Shown here one piece after another: positions 39,436 through 51,270 of a stretch of 51,270 nucleotides of DNA. Source of the stretch: Toensbergia leucococca (taxonomy: Eukaryota); assembly GCA_022813965.1 (NCBI GenBank), contig JALDZS010000167.1:1-51270 (forward strand), given 5' to 3'. Within the stretch, counting starts at the first letter, position 1; each line of letters opens with the position of its first letter. Under the pieces are notes generated by a model. That model had not been told where the DNA came from and ran no database searches. It was given only the letters and a program-made list of their open reading frames with translations. Both the position numbers and the translations under genes were made by a program.

Positions 39436-41113
39436 ATGAGAATAGGAAACTCCAAAGGTCTTGGGCCAGACTTGGTTTCGGTATGTTTTCTCTAGATCAA
39501 ATAAGACAACACCATTGACTGATGTTTGCCAGGTTTTGCCACGAGATGTAAAAGCATGGTACCGTTGTCCACACCTGCTGAAGCTGAACTTAATGCTCTC
39601 CTGCGTTACACTATATGCAGCAACTGTTGGCTATGATAATAGCATGATGAACGGCCTACAAGCCCTCGAGCAGTGGCAAGAGTTCATGCAATTCCCCGAG
39701 GGAGCTTTTCTAGGGGGTATCAACGCCGCTCAAGCTGGCGGCGCCATTTTCGGCTATCCAATCATGTCTAGATTGGCCAATAGGTTTGGACGAAAGGTTC
39801 CCATATGGATCGGCTTGGCCATCCTCGCTCTCGCCGTCGGCTTGCAGACCGGTGCTCGCAATTCAGGAACCTTCATTGCCGCTCGAGTCCTGGTTGGTTT
39901 TGCAAGCGGTTTCATGGGCTCTTGTCCTATTCTTATAACAGAAATAGCATATCCTACGCACCGGGCAAAGCTAACAGCTGGTTACAATACCTTCTATTAC
40001 GTCGGATCCCTGGTCGCCGCATGGGCGACCTTTGGCTGCCGAAATTACTCTAGTAGCTGGGCATGGAGAATACCATCACTCCTGCAATTTGCGGTTCCTG
40101 CATTAGCAACAACTGGCTTCGCTCTCTCTCCCGAGTCCCCTCGTTTCCTGGTCGCGACAGGCCAGGTTGAAAGGGCGAGACATGTGCTCGTCAAATATCA
40201 TGCTGGAGGAAAGGAAGACTCCGAGCTAGTCACTTTTGAAATGGCTGAGATTAGAAATACCCTCCAATCTGAACGAGAACTTGCTCAAACTACAAGTTAC
40301 CTAGAGATGTTCAGGACATGGGGCAATCGCTGGAGACTACTTATCTCCGTCAGCATTGGGATTTTTGCACAATGGAGCGGCAATGGCATCGCGAGTGAAC
40401 CATGATCCCTCATAACTGTCGTATCTAATCCTCCATTGTAGGTCTCTTACTACCTCGCCGCTGTTCTCCGTACGGTCGGAGTCACCTCCGTAACCCAACA
40501 GACACTAATCAATGGCTTTCTCCAAGTCTGGAATCTGATCCTATCTATCAGCGCCGCGGCCCTCGTTGACAGTCTCGGACGCCGCCTCCTCTTCATGACC
40601 TCTTCCATCGGTATGCTTGTCTGCTATATCATCATGACAGGTCTTAGCGCCTCCTTTGCACAGACATCCCATACCGCCACCGGTCTGGCTGTCATCCCCA
40701 TAATCTTTTTTTACTTTGGCTTTTACAACATCGCCTTCAACCCTCTTCTCGTGGCGTACCCCACAGAAATATGGCCCTACAAACTCCGCAGTCGCGGTGT
40801 TGCAATCATGTCCAGTACCACCTGTATCGCTCTCTTTCTCAATCTCTTTTTGAATCCAGTCGCACTGGAAAGGGTTGGATGGAGGTATTATATTGTATAC
40901 GTAGTAATTCTAGTGGGAATCGTTCTGACTTGTTGGTTTCTGTATCCTGAGACAAGGGGCCATAGCTTGGAGGAGATGGCGGTGATTTTTGACGGGGATG
41001 CAACGACCGAGACAAGACGTGAGTCTACAATGATGGAGGTATTGAATCGCCATGGTCCGGAGAACGGAGTTGAAGACATAACACACTTGCAGCCTAAGAA
41101 CTGGGAAACATGA
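39436..41113 (+). CDS. MFS sugar porter (lactose permease / cellodextrin transporter-like), 3 exons
   Basis: GYDNSMMNGLQ, RFGRK, ITEIAYPTHR, WAWRIPSLLQ, PESPRFL, QWSGNGIVSYYL (spliced), DSLGRR, YPTEIWPY.LRSRG, YPETRGHSLEE. Confidence 0.92.
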
Positions 41114-41379
41114 AGTGAATTGTTTCAAGAGATGGATTAGATGGAGTTCAGATAGATTTAGAGCTTAAGAAATAGCATTATCGTCACTGTTTCATTCAAT
41201 TAGAAGCCCACTCAATTGTCCTCGGTTAGAATACTGCGAGGGGTGTACGGTTACGCGCTTAAATCACTAGCGTAACGTCAACATACCTTATCCGAGATTA
41301 TGGAGTACAAAACTGACATCGCAAAAGATACCAGTCACCACTGTTAAAATATCGCAATCCGCCACAACCCTCGATAATC

Positions 41380-42326
41380 ATGCCCACCGAACAAGACCTC
41401 CAAAACCTCCTCGCCCAAATCTCCACCCTTCCCCCCACCTCCCCTCAAATCCCCCCTCTCCTCACCCAGCTAAAACGCACCCTCCTCTTCTTAAACGCCC
41501 TCCTCCCCACGCCAACCACATCCCGAACCCTCCACGCCCTCGCCCGCCAAACTCTCGAAACCGGCGCCCTTCTCTCCATCCGCCTCCGTCAACCCGAAGA
41601 GTTCACCCGCTACTTCCACCACCTGCAGCCTTTCTACGAACTGCCCTCCTCGTCCTTCTCGCCCAGCGATGACGGCCAGAGAAGCAAGGTCACGGGCCTG
41701 TACCTACTGTTACTGCTGACCAAGGGTGACTATGCGGGCTTCCATACTGTATTGGAGGCGCTGGAGGTTGTAGGGGGCGGTGTGGTTGGGGACGCGTTTA
41801 TTCAGTATCCGGTGCAGTTGGAACGGTGGTTGATGGAGGGGAGTTACGATCGGGTTTGGGGAGCGACGAAGAGGGAGGGCGTGCCGAGTGACGAGTATGG
41901 CGTTTTTAGCGAGGTGAGTTCGGTCTTAGGCTATTTTCTCTCTCGTGCATCCGCGTGTCTGCCACTGGGCAAGCTATGTCTTACTCTCACGAGAGGCTGC
42001 AAAAGCGGCGGAGTATTTGTGGACCTGCACTGACATGGAAAATGAAGGTCCTCGTCGGCACCATCCGCTCGGAAATCGCCTCCTGCTCCGAAAAAGCCTA
42101 CCCTTCCCTCCCCATCACCAACGCCAAAAACCTCCTTTTCCTTGACAGCGAAGGCAGCGTCGTTGAGTTTGCGCACGAACGCGGGTGGGTTGTCAAGGAC
42201 GGGCGGATCTATTTCCCCGTGCAGCAAGGAGAGGAGATGCGGACGGAGAAGGAGATTTTAGTGGCGAGTGGTCAGGTAATTGAGAATACGATTGGGTATG
42301 CGAGGGAGTTGGAGACGATTGTTTAA
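41380..42326 (+). CDS. RPN12: 26S proteasome lid subunit Rpn12 (PCI domain), 2 exons
   Basis: ARQTLETGAL, FTRYF.HLQPFY, GLYLLLLL, FHT.LE, YPVQLERWLMEGSYDRVW, TIRSEIASCSEKAY, IGYARELETIV*. Confidence 0.95.
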
Positions 42327-42639
42327 GGCGGGGTGGGGGGAGATAGATGGAGAAGGGAGTGGGGCGCAAGGTGCGGAGAGTTGGTTGGGGAGGTGGTGGA
42401 CTAGGAGCATTGAGCCTGGCGTTCTAGTTGACATGAAAAGATTCGCATCTTAGTCGTTGGAACGAGTTAGACAATCACAATTGCTTCAATGTGAGTGCTC
42501 CACTTACGTGACACACAGCTACATCAGCACCACAAGATCCTCGCGCTCGAAAAGACATCAACCGACCAAACAAACGATTGCAAAAGGGGGTATCTCTGTC
42601 CGAAGTCGTTCGCACACCATCCACCACCACCAATATCCA

Positions 42640-43954
42640 TCACCCGTTCGCTAGACTCCAGCTCTCGCCCTCTCCTAACACGTCCCTGGAGGCATACAAG
42701 CTAGGCTTCAACTCCCACTCGTTACCGCCCGTGATGCCCAAATGCGTAAACGCGTCTAGAAGAGGAGAAAGAACCGTCGGAGTCAGCCAGGGTACTTCCC
42801 AAGTTCGCGCTGTTCTCCCCTTCCCAAACACCCACCCACGCACATACATACACACAAAATAGAAAACAAAAAGAAAAAAAGGGGTAAAAGGGGAAAAAGA
42901 AAGCAACTCACCACACTTGTAGAAAACCCCCCTATCCTCCCCCATCGGCCCCTTCTTCCTTACCAGACCTGCCGCGACCAGTCTCTGCAGCACCCGCTTC
43001 ACGTCCGCCCGATCCTCAAAATCCGCCGTGTACACACATATCACCCTCGACTCCCGCTCCCCGCGTCCGTCATCCGTCGCCACCTTGGCCGCAATGCCCA
43101 ACTCCCCACTCGCGGTCCCCTCAGCCACAACCTTCCACCACCGATTCACATCCTCGGGCATCGGGAACAGCATCCACTTCCCCGTCACCACCCCATTCGC
43201 TCTCGCGACGGCGAGAATCTCATTTTCGCAGGCTCTGCGCCGGGCGTTGACTTTGCGGGTGATTGTTGCTTTGGCGCGGCTGGACATGGAGGTTTGGAGG
43301 GAGATTTGCTGGGTTTTGTGGGAGGAGAGGATGGTGTTGCTGGCGGTGGTGAAGGCGGCGAGGTTGGCGGTTGTGGGGCGGTGGGAGGAGTGTGGGTTTG
43401 CGATCCAGATCCAGGGGCCGGCGGAGCGGGGGGTTGTGAGCGGGGGCAGGCGGGAGAGGAAGGAAGGGATGGGCTCGGAGAGTTGGCGGGCTGTGGGGAG
43501 GTTGGCGTAGGGGTTGTAGAGAGGTCTGGGGAGGAGGAGCGGGCGGTCTTGGGTGGTGGTTGTTGCCATTGGAGATGCTGCGCTTGTTTCGCTTTGAAGG
43601 GTGTTTGGAGCGGTGCGGATTGATTTGTTGGCTTTGCTCTCGAGCTTCATGGCCCCTTTTGCGGGAGGTGATGTAGATCTCGCTGAAGGATCCTGAGTGG
43701 AGTTTTCCATACGAGATTTGGCAGCGTCGAGGAACGCGAGATAGATCGGGTGGGTAGACCAGTGGCTTGGGGGACGGGAGGCTGAAACTAGTTCTTCTAG
43801 GTGGGCGCGAAGCTCATCGTCGCCTACGAGTATGCGATAGAAAGTCAGCGAGTGCGAATCGCATCCTCTGGACAACTGCACCGTAAAAACTTGATTCGTC
43901 TGAAATGTAGCCTCCATCGCCTTCCTCCATGTCTTCATCTTTTGGGGGAGCCAT
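42640..43954 (-). CDS. DUF1917 / BLES03 (C11orf68-like, eIF4E-like fold) protein, 3 exons
   Basis: Exon 1 MAPPKDEDMEEGDGGYISDESSFYG, FLSRLPP, PWIWIANP, GKWMLF, W..VA....GELG.AAKV, ICVYT.DF.D..DV.RVL, YKC|DAFTHLGI. Confidence 0.85.
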
Positions 43955-44185
43955 GCTCGCGGTGTAGTGCAGTGGTTTTATTACGTGTTGGAAATCAAGC
44001 TCCTATTGAAGATGAGAACAATCATTTGAAGTTTGCGATTTGGGGTCATTAGCGCCGGATGAAAATGCAGGGTCAAGCGGGTGATCGACAAGGCTAGACT
44101 AGTCCCCGCTGCAAGGTACCACGTTTTCTGCTCATGTGATTCTTTGAGCCTGGTGGCATCTTAGGGTAAGTAAACGTCATTACGT

Positions 44186-44537
44186 CAATACTCAACAACA
44201 GTTGGTGAGGAGGTGAGCAATTGAGAGAATACTGCTCTTACTGATACAGTCAATACCTTAACAGTCATTGAAATCTTGATCTCATCATGCAAACATTAGC
44301 TCTTATGTGTTTTGATTGAGTGCACTGAGCTTTTCTAAGCATACTAACGTGAGAGTAAATCACTAAACATTGTGACTGTGTGACTGAATCTGAACTTCAA
44401 ACTACAAACTAAACATCAAGATTCTAGTCAATTGAACTATACAGGACTCTCAAAAGTCATACCTATAGACAATAGATGATAGATAAGTGATGGTAGGAGA
44501 TGACTCAATTTTACACTACTAATTTGGTGATGTGTGT
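44186..44537. other. AT-rich, CpG-depleted degenerate segment (probable repeat/TE relic)
   Basis: One CpG seen in about 350 nt, rich in TG/CA/TA. Confidence 0.45.
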
Positions 44538-44746
44538 GCGGGAATCTCATGACCGAATTTTCTCAACCTTTGTGCATACGCTAATATTTCTTTTAGCGCT
44601 TCGGAGCATGGACGCTCTCGGACTCGGACTTTGATTCGGATTCGGACGCGTTTACTCTCGAAATTAGAATATATATTTGCTCCACGTCCACGTAAATTAT
44701 TTCAATTCTTAATAGAATATAGTTGTTCAGTAGACGACAAAGAACT

Positions 44747-45979
44747 ATGTCGGCACCTAAGTTAAAGGTTCTCATATCAGGGGCAGGCATCGCGGGGCCG
44801 TGTCTTGCATATTGGCTTACCAAAACCCGTCTTGACATATCCATCACAATTATCGAACGATCGCCTACTCCGAGGGTCAGCGGCCAGGCAATTGACATTC
44901 GGGGTTCCGCAATTGACATTATCAAGGACATGAACTTGGAAGAGGCTATTCGCTCCCGACATACGACAGAAGAAGGTACCACATTTTTGGATTCCTCGGG
45001 GAGAGCTTTTGCGAAATTCGATGCTGGTGAGGCTTTTACCGCCGAATACGAAATCCTGAGGGCAGACTTATGTGGACTATTCCTGGAAGCTACCGAGCGT
45101 TTGAGCAATGTACGGTACTTATACGGCGATTCCGTCGAATCTCTCGAACAGACAGAAAAAAACGTTAAAGTGACCTTCACCGGGGGATCAAAAGCTATAT
45201 TTGATTTGGTCGTTGCTGCAGACGGGGGTACCTCGAAGACCCGATCGATGATTCTGAATAAGCAAATTCTCAAGGATAGCTACAATTTCCTAGGCCAGTA
45301 TATTGCCTTCTTCAGCATTCCGAGTCAGCCAACCGATCCAAAGATATGGCAGTGGTACAATACCCCAAAAGGCCTCTGTATCATGCTACGTCCGCATCGG
45401 ACCACTTCTACCGTAGGAGCATACTTGTGTATCACAATGCCAGCGCGAGACCACCGTGATCCAGCCATCGAAGAGGCTATGGACATGGGGACGGAAGCCA
45501 CCAAACGTATACTACACAAGTACATTGAAAACGCAGGCTGGCAAGCCAAGCGCGTGTTAGAAGGAATGGACCATGCAGAAGACTTCTATATGAGCCGCGC
45601 CGCGCAGGTGAAGCTTCCCAAATGGACGAATGGACGTGCTCTCGTACTGGGAGATGCAGCCTTTGCAACTTTTGGTGTTGGAACGAGTCTTGCTATTGAG
45701 AGTGCTTACATACTGGCGGGGGAGCTGTCGAAGGTACAGAGTAGCGATGACATTCCACAGGCTCTCGAGAGATACGAGGAGGTTTTTCGCCCGTTATGTT
45801 CAAAAATGGATGAAATTCCCTCCTGGTTTCCACAATGCGCAATGCCACAGACTACTTGGGGACTCTGGCTAAGAAACTCGTTTTTGTGGGTTGTGAGCAA
45901 GACAAAGTTGTACAAACTTTTCCAGGGTGGTTCAGAGGATAAATGGAAGCTGCCGATTTACGAATGGGTAGGCAATTGA
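44747..45979 (+). CDS. FAD-dependent monooxygenase (group A, FAD_binding_3), intronless
   Basis: VLISGAGIAG (GxGxxG), GQAIDIRG, EYEILR, DLVVAADG, ALVLGDAAF, GTSLA. Confidence 0.9.
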   Translation: MSAPKLKVLISGAGIAGPCLAYWLTKTRLDISITIIERSPTPRVSGQAIDIRGSAIDIIKDMNLEEAIRSRHTTEEGTTFLDSSGRAFAKFDAGEAFTAEYEILRADLCGLFLEATERLSNVRYLYGDSVESLEQTEKNVKVTFTGGSKAIFDLVVAADGGTSKTRSMILNKQILKDSYNFLGQYIAFFSIPSQPTDPKIWQWYNTPKGLCIMLRPHRTTSTVGAYLCITMPARDHRDPAIEEAMDMGTEATKRILHKYIENAGWQAKRVLEGMDHAEDFYMSRAAQVKLPKWTNGRALVLGDAAFATFGVGTSLAIESAYILAGELSKVQSSDDIPQALERYEEVFRPLCSKMDEIPSWFPQCAMPQTTWGLWLRNSFLWVVSKTKLYKLFQGGSEDKWKLPIYEWVGN

Positions 45980-46099
45980 GAAAGGGAAAGAAAAGGGGAA
46001 GAGTGGGGAGGGGGAGGGAAGGTGGGGCGCGCGGAGCATATAGAGAATCTTTCCGGAGAATTGGCTTTGTTTGAATTTCAAGTACGGTTACGCGGATGT

Positions 46100-46245
46100 T
46101 ATTGTCGTTGATGCAGGCCCCTAGCAGCAGCCGCACCACAACCTTGTGAACCCCCTGAGCTCCCGAGTGTAGCGCCGTCTCTCTGAAAAAGCTATTATCC
46201 TTGACGTCCGCCCCCTTCTCCAGCAGCAGCCGCACCATGCGGGCC
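46100..46245 (-). pseudogene. Ankyrin-repeat fragment (about 1.5 repeats)
   Basis: MVRLLLEKGADVKD..RETALHSGAQGVHKVVVRLLLGA. No other domain and the flanks look non-coding. Confidence 0.6.
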
Positions 46246-47617
46246 TTGATCGATAGGTCGGATATCATAGATTGGGGAGTTCCTAGAGCGATAATATCTG
46301 GTTGAGATCGGAAGTTTCTCTCAGATCTATGGTCCACGTTATCGAAGTACCTCGGAGTCTCCTCTTTCCTCGACGGCTTATCACCCACAAACAGATGGGC
46401 GAAGTGAAAGAACGAATCAGACAGTTGAGAGAACCCTTCGATTTTTATCTTAACACCCTGGGATAAGCTGGATGAATGGCCGTCAATCCTCCCTCGCCAA
46501 CAATTAGAATTGAAAAAATTTCACATCATCCACCATTTCCATGTCGCCCAACGAGGTTAGATATGGATTCGCGCTCAATCGGCCTGAATTTAGCATCAGT
46601 CAATCAATGCATTCCAGATCCTACAACAGCTAGAATCGAAGTTAAAAATGCGAATTCCATTAGCGATGATGTCTCAGAAACGAAACTACGACAAGATCCA
46701 CAATCCCTGTGGTATTGAGTGTCGGCGACTATGCCAGCATGGGACTACATAAAGGTTACGCCATCCCCACAACCCTTGGGCATAAAGCTTGGTCTTCAAT
46801 ATACGAATTGCTTTCCGTATTTTAGAACGCGTCGGACGCCTGGCCCACAAAATAGAAATACCACATCATTGGGTGGTACACGCTGTGTTCACGATTCAAC
46901 GAGAGCGTTGATATTTTTTTTTTTTGTTGCGAGGAGGTTGTCGCGATACAAGGCCATTGTGTACAAGGTCATTTTTTGAGGTATTCTGTTCGGAATAAAT
47001 GGCCAATGTAAGAACTGCGCCTTGGTATGATTATCAAGAAATTGTAAATTCCATCCACAATTGGATAGCAACATCAATAATGTTCTTACTGAGGTGTCAT
47101 GATCCTGGAAGTGGTTTCCTCATCATGCTTCAGTATCTGTAGCATCCTCTTTGTTTAGATTCTCCAGAAGATCCTACGTTGACTCAAATCAAAACCTATG
47201 GGTGGTCATTGAACTCCAAATATTCTAGTTCTACTTTGAAAAAAAAAAAACAATGACCTCGTGAAGCTTCGCTGACACGGCCCACACAATCCATCTTGTC
47301 ACCACCTTCGAAAAAAATCAAAGAAAAGAAGGCTTGACTCACACTCATCTTTCCCAAAAACAAAAATTAAACCACCCCGCTTCCCCCCCCAAAACTCCAA
47401 AGAAGCCCCACCCAAACGTCAAACACGAAACCCAAAAAAAAAAAAAAAAAAAAAAACCCAACGGACGGAACATCCCTCAAAACCCCCCTCCCACCCATCC
47501 CTATCACAAACCAAAACCCTCAAACCCTTAAAAAAAACCCCCAGAAACCCTCACCCACAAAATCCCATCCTCCACATTCCCCCCCCCCCCAAACCACCAA
47601 CCTCTCCCCCCCAAACA

Positions 47618-48298
47618 ATGACCACCAACACCGCCCTCCTCACAGCCCTAACCCAAAAACACCTCCCCCCAACCAAAACCTGGCTAACAACCTACCTCGC
47701 CTCCCAAAAACCCTCCACCCCTCTCGCCGCCCTAACCCACACAGCCCTCTACCGGCTCCTAGCCTCCGACATCACAACCACGCTCTCAACAACCTCCTCC
47801 TCCTCCTCCTCCTCCTCGGAACCCTGCGCGCAGCTCTTCCCCGCCGACATCAACGACGGGCGGGTGCGGGAGCGGAGGGTGGAGGACGCGGCGGTGGTGG
47901 CGCAGGTGCGGGGGTGGGAGGATTTGGGGAGGGGGAGGTTGGAGGAGTTGAGGGGTTTGGAGGAGGGGGAGGGGAGGGGGGGGAGGGTTGTTGTGGGTAT
48001 TGAGGGGGAGGGGGCTGGGGGGGGGAAGGTGGGGCCTGTGAGGGTGCTGTTGGAGGATGCCGGGGGGGGGAGGGTGTGGGGGGTTGAGGTTCGGGGGGTT
48101 GAAGGGTTGGGGCCTGGGATGGGGATTGGGTGTAAGGTTTTGGTGAGGGGGTTTTGCGTTGCGAGGGGGGTTGTGCTGTTGGAGCCGGGGGTGTGTATGG
48201 TGCTTGGGGGACGGGTGGAGGGGTTGGAGAGGGCGTGGAGGGAGGGGAGGAAGGGGGAGTTGAGGAGGTTGTTGGAGGGTCCAGGGCTGGGGGGTTGA
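47618..48298 (+). CDS. RMI1: RecQ-mediated genome instability protein Rmi1 (DUF1767 + OB fold), intronless, compositionally extreme
   Basis: PTKTWL..YL, ALYRLLASDITT, FPADI, VAQV..WEDLG, RVLLEDAGG..VWGVE, MGIGCKVLV..VARGVVLLEP..C.VLGGRVEGL..AW. Confidence 0.82.
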   Translation: MTTNTALLTALTQKHLPPTKTWLTTYLASQKPSTPLAALTHTALYRLLASDITTTLSTTSSSSSSSSEPCAQLFPADINDGRVRERRVEDAAVVAQVRGWEDLGRGRLEELRGLEEGEGRGGRVVVGIEGEGAGGGKVGPVRVLLEDAGGGRVWGVEVRGVEGLGPGMGIGCKVLVRGFCVARGVVLLEPGVCMVLGGRVEGLERAWREGRKGELRRLLEGPGLGG

Positions 48299-48393
48299 GT
48301 GGGGGGCGTTGTTGTGTGTGTGTAGGTGGGGGTGGGAGGAGGTGGTTTTTACGTGTTTTGTGTGTTTTGGGAGTTTTTGCGACTTTACGAGAG

Positions 48394-49748
48394 CTACTCT
48401 ATCCCCATGGCGATTTTCCAGACGCACAGTTTGCGGTCGTAGAAACTGGTCGACACGCACGTATACTCTGCCTCGCCCACGCCATCTTCCGGAATCCCAG
48501 GTCGAGCATCGCTGGCGTAATTCATGCTCTCATGTTCCACGAACTTGGCGAGGACTTGGATGGTCCAGATGCCTTGCACGGAGCGATGGACTCGAAGGAC
48601 CTTGGCGCCGGCGTGCATGCAGCTAGCTAGTACCTTGAGACAAATCTCGCCGTTCAGTTCCGAGTCAATTGTGCCCAGGAGCTTCAACCTCCAGACACCG
48701 CCGCCCAATTTCTTTTCCGCCAAGGTTTTGTTCCTTCCGTTCGGAGAGATGGCCCTGTTGAATCCAAGGACTCGGACCGATTCGTCGTAGCTGCCCGTCA
48801 TGATGACTTCTTCTGCTGGGAGACTGGGGATTGCAAGGGGGAGAATTGCGGTGACGCCAGCGCTGTGGGTCTTCTTGTCGGGAAATGAGCTATCAAAGGA
48901 GTTGCCGTCCGTATCATTGCCAGTAGCTTGAGTATCTAATGCGTACTGGGTACTGGAGTGCATGCAAAAGACAGAGTCATCGCCACCGGAGTACAGGGCG
49001 AGTGTACCATTAGGGTGTTGGTGGGACGACCAGACCACAACCCAGGCTTCCAGAGAATGAGCCTGCTTATGCACGCGCGTAGTCCACGCAGGGCCTTCTA
49101 GATGACCCAAGACTACAATGCTACCATCTGACAAGGAAACCGCTATTGTGCTCGGTGATACTTGAGACGGTCTCCACGCCAGAGAGAGGACCAAGATGGA
49201 GGGATCACAGACTTGGATAGAATCTAGAATTGTAATGAACTCACTGTTTTGAATGTCGAGGCGAAAGAAGCAGACATGACCTGTGCTGGTGGCTACAGCA
49301 AACACTGTGTGCTCGGAAGGGGAGAAGTGAACGTCTAGAATAGCATAAGGTCGTATCAGAGTCTCGACAAGGGATCTGTGAAAGTCAGACCAGAAAGCTA
49401 ATGACGGAAACTTTGTGTCTGAACTTCGAATCAGATGCAATTGGCGATCAAAGGCCAAGATATATGATCAAAGAGGACGGCTCACACCATGTCGTCTTGT
49501 AAGCGGAATAGTAGCAAGCTTCCAGTCCGTATTTGCTTCATAGGAATTGCGTCATCTTGTCCTGACTGCGCCTTGTTTTCCTTTAGCGTTTCTTCCGCTT
49601 CGAGATGGTAGGTGCCAACGATGAAGTAATCGGAGTTGAGTGGAAAGAATGCTATGCAGCTTGGAGGAGTATCAAGAAGGAAGGCGGTGGTTAATTTGAT
49701 ACAGGGGATGTTGTCGTCATCAGTATTGACATCTGATGCTTGTTCCAT
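48394..49748 (-). CDS. DPH7: Diphthine methyl ester hydrolase, WD40 (Dph7/Rrt2), 2 exons
   Basis: LDTPPSC..F, VGTYHL, R.GSL, AHSLEAW, LYSGGDD, HSAGVTAI, TGSYDE.VR, LGGGVWRL, LASCMHAG, EHESMNY, STSFYDRKLCVW. Confidence 0.92.
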
Positions 49749-50939
49749 GTTTCCGTCACCAGTCCGTGGTGGATCAAAGGTACAGCTACTTTTCAGACTG
49801 TGTGCTCTATTCCTTAAAATCGATCATTCGGCCAGGACTGAAGCCTTCCGTTCCTGTTCAATCAATCCTAATACCATTCGTAAGTTGGAAGAAGGGAAGA
49901 TTCAACACCCGTCATCAAATCGCGTTAATTGCGGCTAATTTAGACGCCTGCTAGGCGTTGTGGGCTACCCGAAGCTCCAGGGGCAGTGTTTGGAGAGAAA
50001 ACAGCTGGGCATGGCGAATGTTCTCGCAGGTGCAGCAACACAGTAGCAGATCTCATACTTACCACAGGAAAATCTGCCCCAAGCTTCTATCCCTTGAATC
50101 CTCTTGCCATGTTACATTCCTCACCACCCGTCCACCAATCATAACAATTCTGAATATCTGCTCTCCAGGTGGCAAAAAGTAATCCATAATATTCACCTTC
50201 GCCTCCCCGTCTTCTCATCGCGCAATTTCGGAACTTGTGAGAAAATTTGCACTGGTCTAGATAGTTGTTTGGTTGGGGATTTCGGGAGAAAGTAAGGAGG
50301 TTGGATGTGCTACTGTGGAATATTGAGTCGGTCCTTTGTCTAAGAGATAGGTTGGGATGGTCCTCTTCAGGGGGCAATTGTTTTTCCGGGAGAATGCAGC
50401 CGCTGCTCGATGAATCTTCTAATGCTGGGAGTTCGCAGTAATAGCCGTTCTAATCGCACTTTCATCTTGACAGTAAGCGACGGTAACGCGCCTGCTTGAC
50501 AGTGTAGATCTAGGGTTGCCGCGGCATACGAATAGTACTTCTTCGAAGGTACCAATGAGCCAACCAAGTGCCCTTAAAAGTTGACCATCAGAATTGAATC
50601 AAGCATTCCCATTAGTAAATTTGAGATGGTGCGCTGCGACAAATTAACAGATTGATGAGCATTTCCTAAGACGCGAACAGCGGAAAGAATCGCAAGTACT
50701 CTGATGCATCGTAATTGGCCCATGACGCAGATTAATGGAATAGGTACATTCGAGAAAGAAGCTGGAATTAAACGCGAATGCACTCAATGTACAAAGCACC
50801 ACAACGATGCTATTATTTACTTTTTGTGCCATCAAATCTTGTTCCGTAGACCAATACAACGCTTTTCCGTTATTTTTTGCTACCTAGACGAAAAACCATG
50901 CTGTGTTAAAAATACCACTGGATAAGTAGCTGTAGTAGA

Positions 50940-51270
50940 TTAGATCTTGAATCGATCGTGAAAGACCATGGAGGGAGACTCGATTGTTTGGACGAGTCGA
51001 AGAATTATGTTCACCACGTTGAGGGCACCTTGGGGTACTCTTTCGAGCTTAGTCCAAGATCCTCAAAAACAGAGTCGTCGCCTTGGTGGGCCTAGATCAG
51101 CATATCTATCACAAGTGGTGTTTGAAGACTTCTGCTTACCCTTCAGATGCTGGACTCGTATTTCATCTTCATGTTCTAGCTTTTCCATCTCCTCCAAGGG
51201 CGTGTCTTTGTCCTGCTTTTCGTCGTTACCCTGCTGCTCAGTGGCTTTGCCTATGTCGCCAACGCCTTCT
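50940..51270 (-). CDS. Probable 3' end of a gene entering from beyond the window edge
   Basis: Open acidic frame EGVGDIGKATEQQGNDEKQDKD...VQHLK, GTAAGC donor, GCTGAT branch, next exon GDDSVFEDLGL...DRFKI*. Confidence 0.4.

Noticed and set aside
23800..41200. Starship or other giant transposon as the origin of the accessory-looking block
   Set aside because: No DUF3435 tyrosine recombinase, transposase, RT, TIR or target-site duplication recognised.
41355..41370. Rpn4/PACE site upstream of RPN12 (TCCGCCACA)
   Set aside because: Does not match the GGTGGC core exactly and lies very close to the ATG.
44593..45273. 226-aa ORF antisense to the monooxygenase
   Set aside because: Shadow of the sense CDS with no motifs.
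47786..48460. 224-aa Pro/His/Gln-rich ORF (similarly 23295-23717, 43028-43623, 22026-22622)
   Set aside because: Antisense or shadow ORFs produced by G-rich skew, which suppresses stop codons.

Overview
Gene-dense window from a filamentous ascomycete (Pezizomycotina; short ~50-nt spliceosomal introns with CTAAC/CTGAC-type branch points). 1-22.7 kb is a core block: LRO1, MAK3, YCS4/cnd1, CDC7, RPL28, CHL1, a Sel1-repeat chitin-synthase activator, HOP2, a dispersed 5S rRNA gene and a Scp3/Cps3-type CCCH protein. 24-41 kb looks accessory: PTH11-like receptor, APC permease, two zinc-binding genes with premature stops, two secreted Cys-rich proteins and a sugar porter. 41-50 kb holds RPN12, a DUF1917/BLES03 gene, an intronless FAD monooxygenase, an ankyrin fragment, RMI1 and DPH7. 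Most unusual: (i) repeated, strand-symmetric C/A-rich to G/T-rich skew switches that ignore gene orientation and reshape protein sequence (extreme in RMI1); (ii) a C2H2 gene with an in-frame TAG inside an otherwise perfect finger; (iii) relaxed splicing signals (three GC-AG introns, four GAG acceptors, 5-13 nt microexons); (iv) a preprotoxin-like secreted protein. Gene models were spliced by eye and no database search was run.
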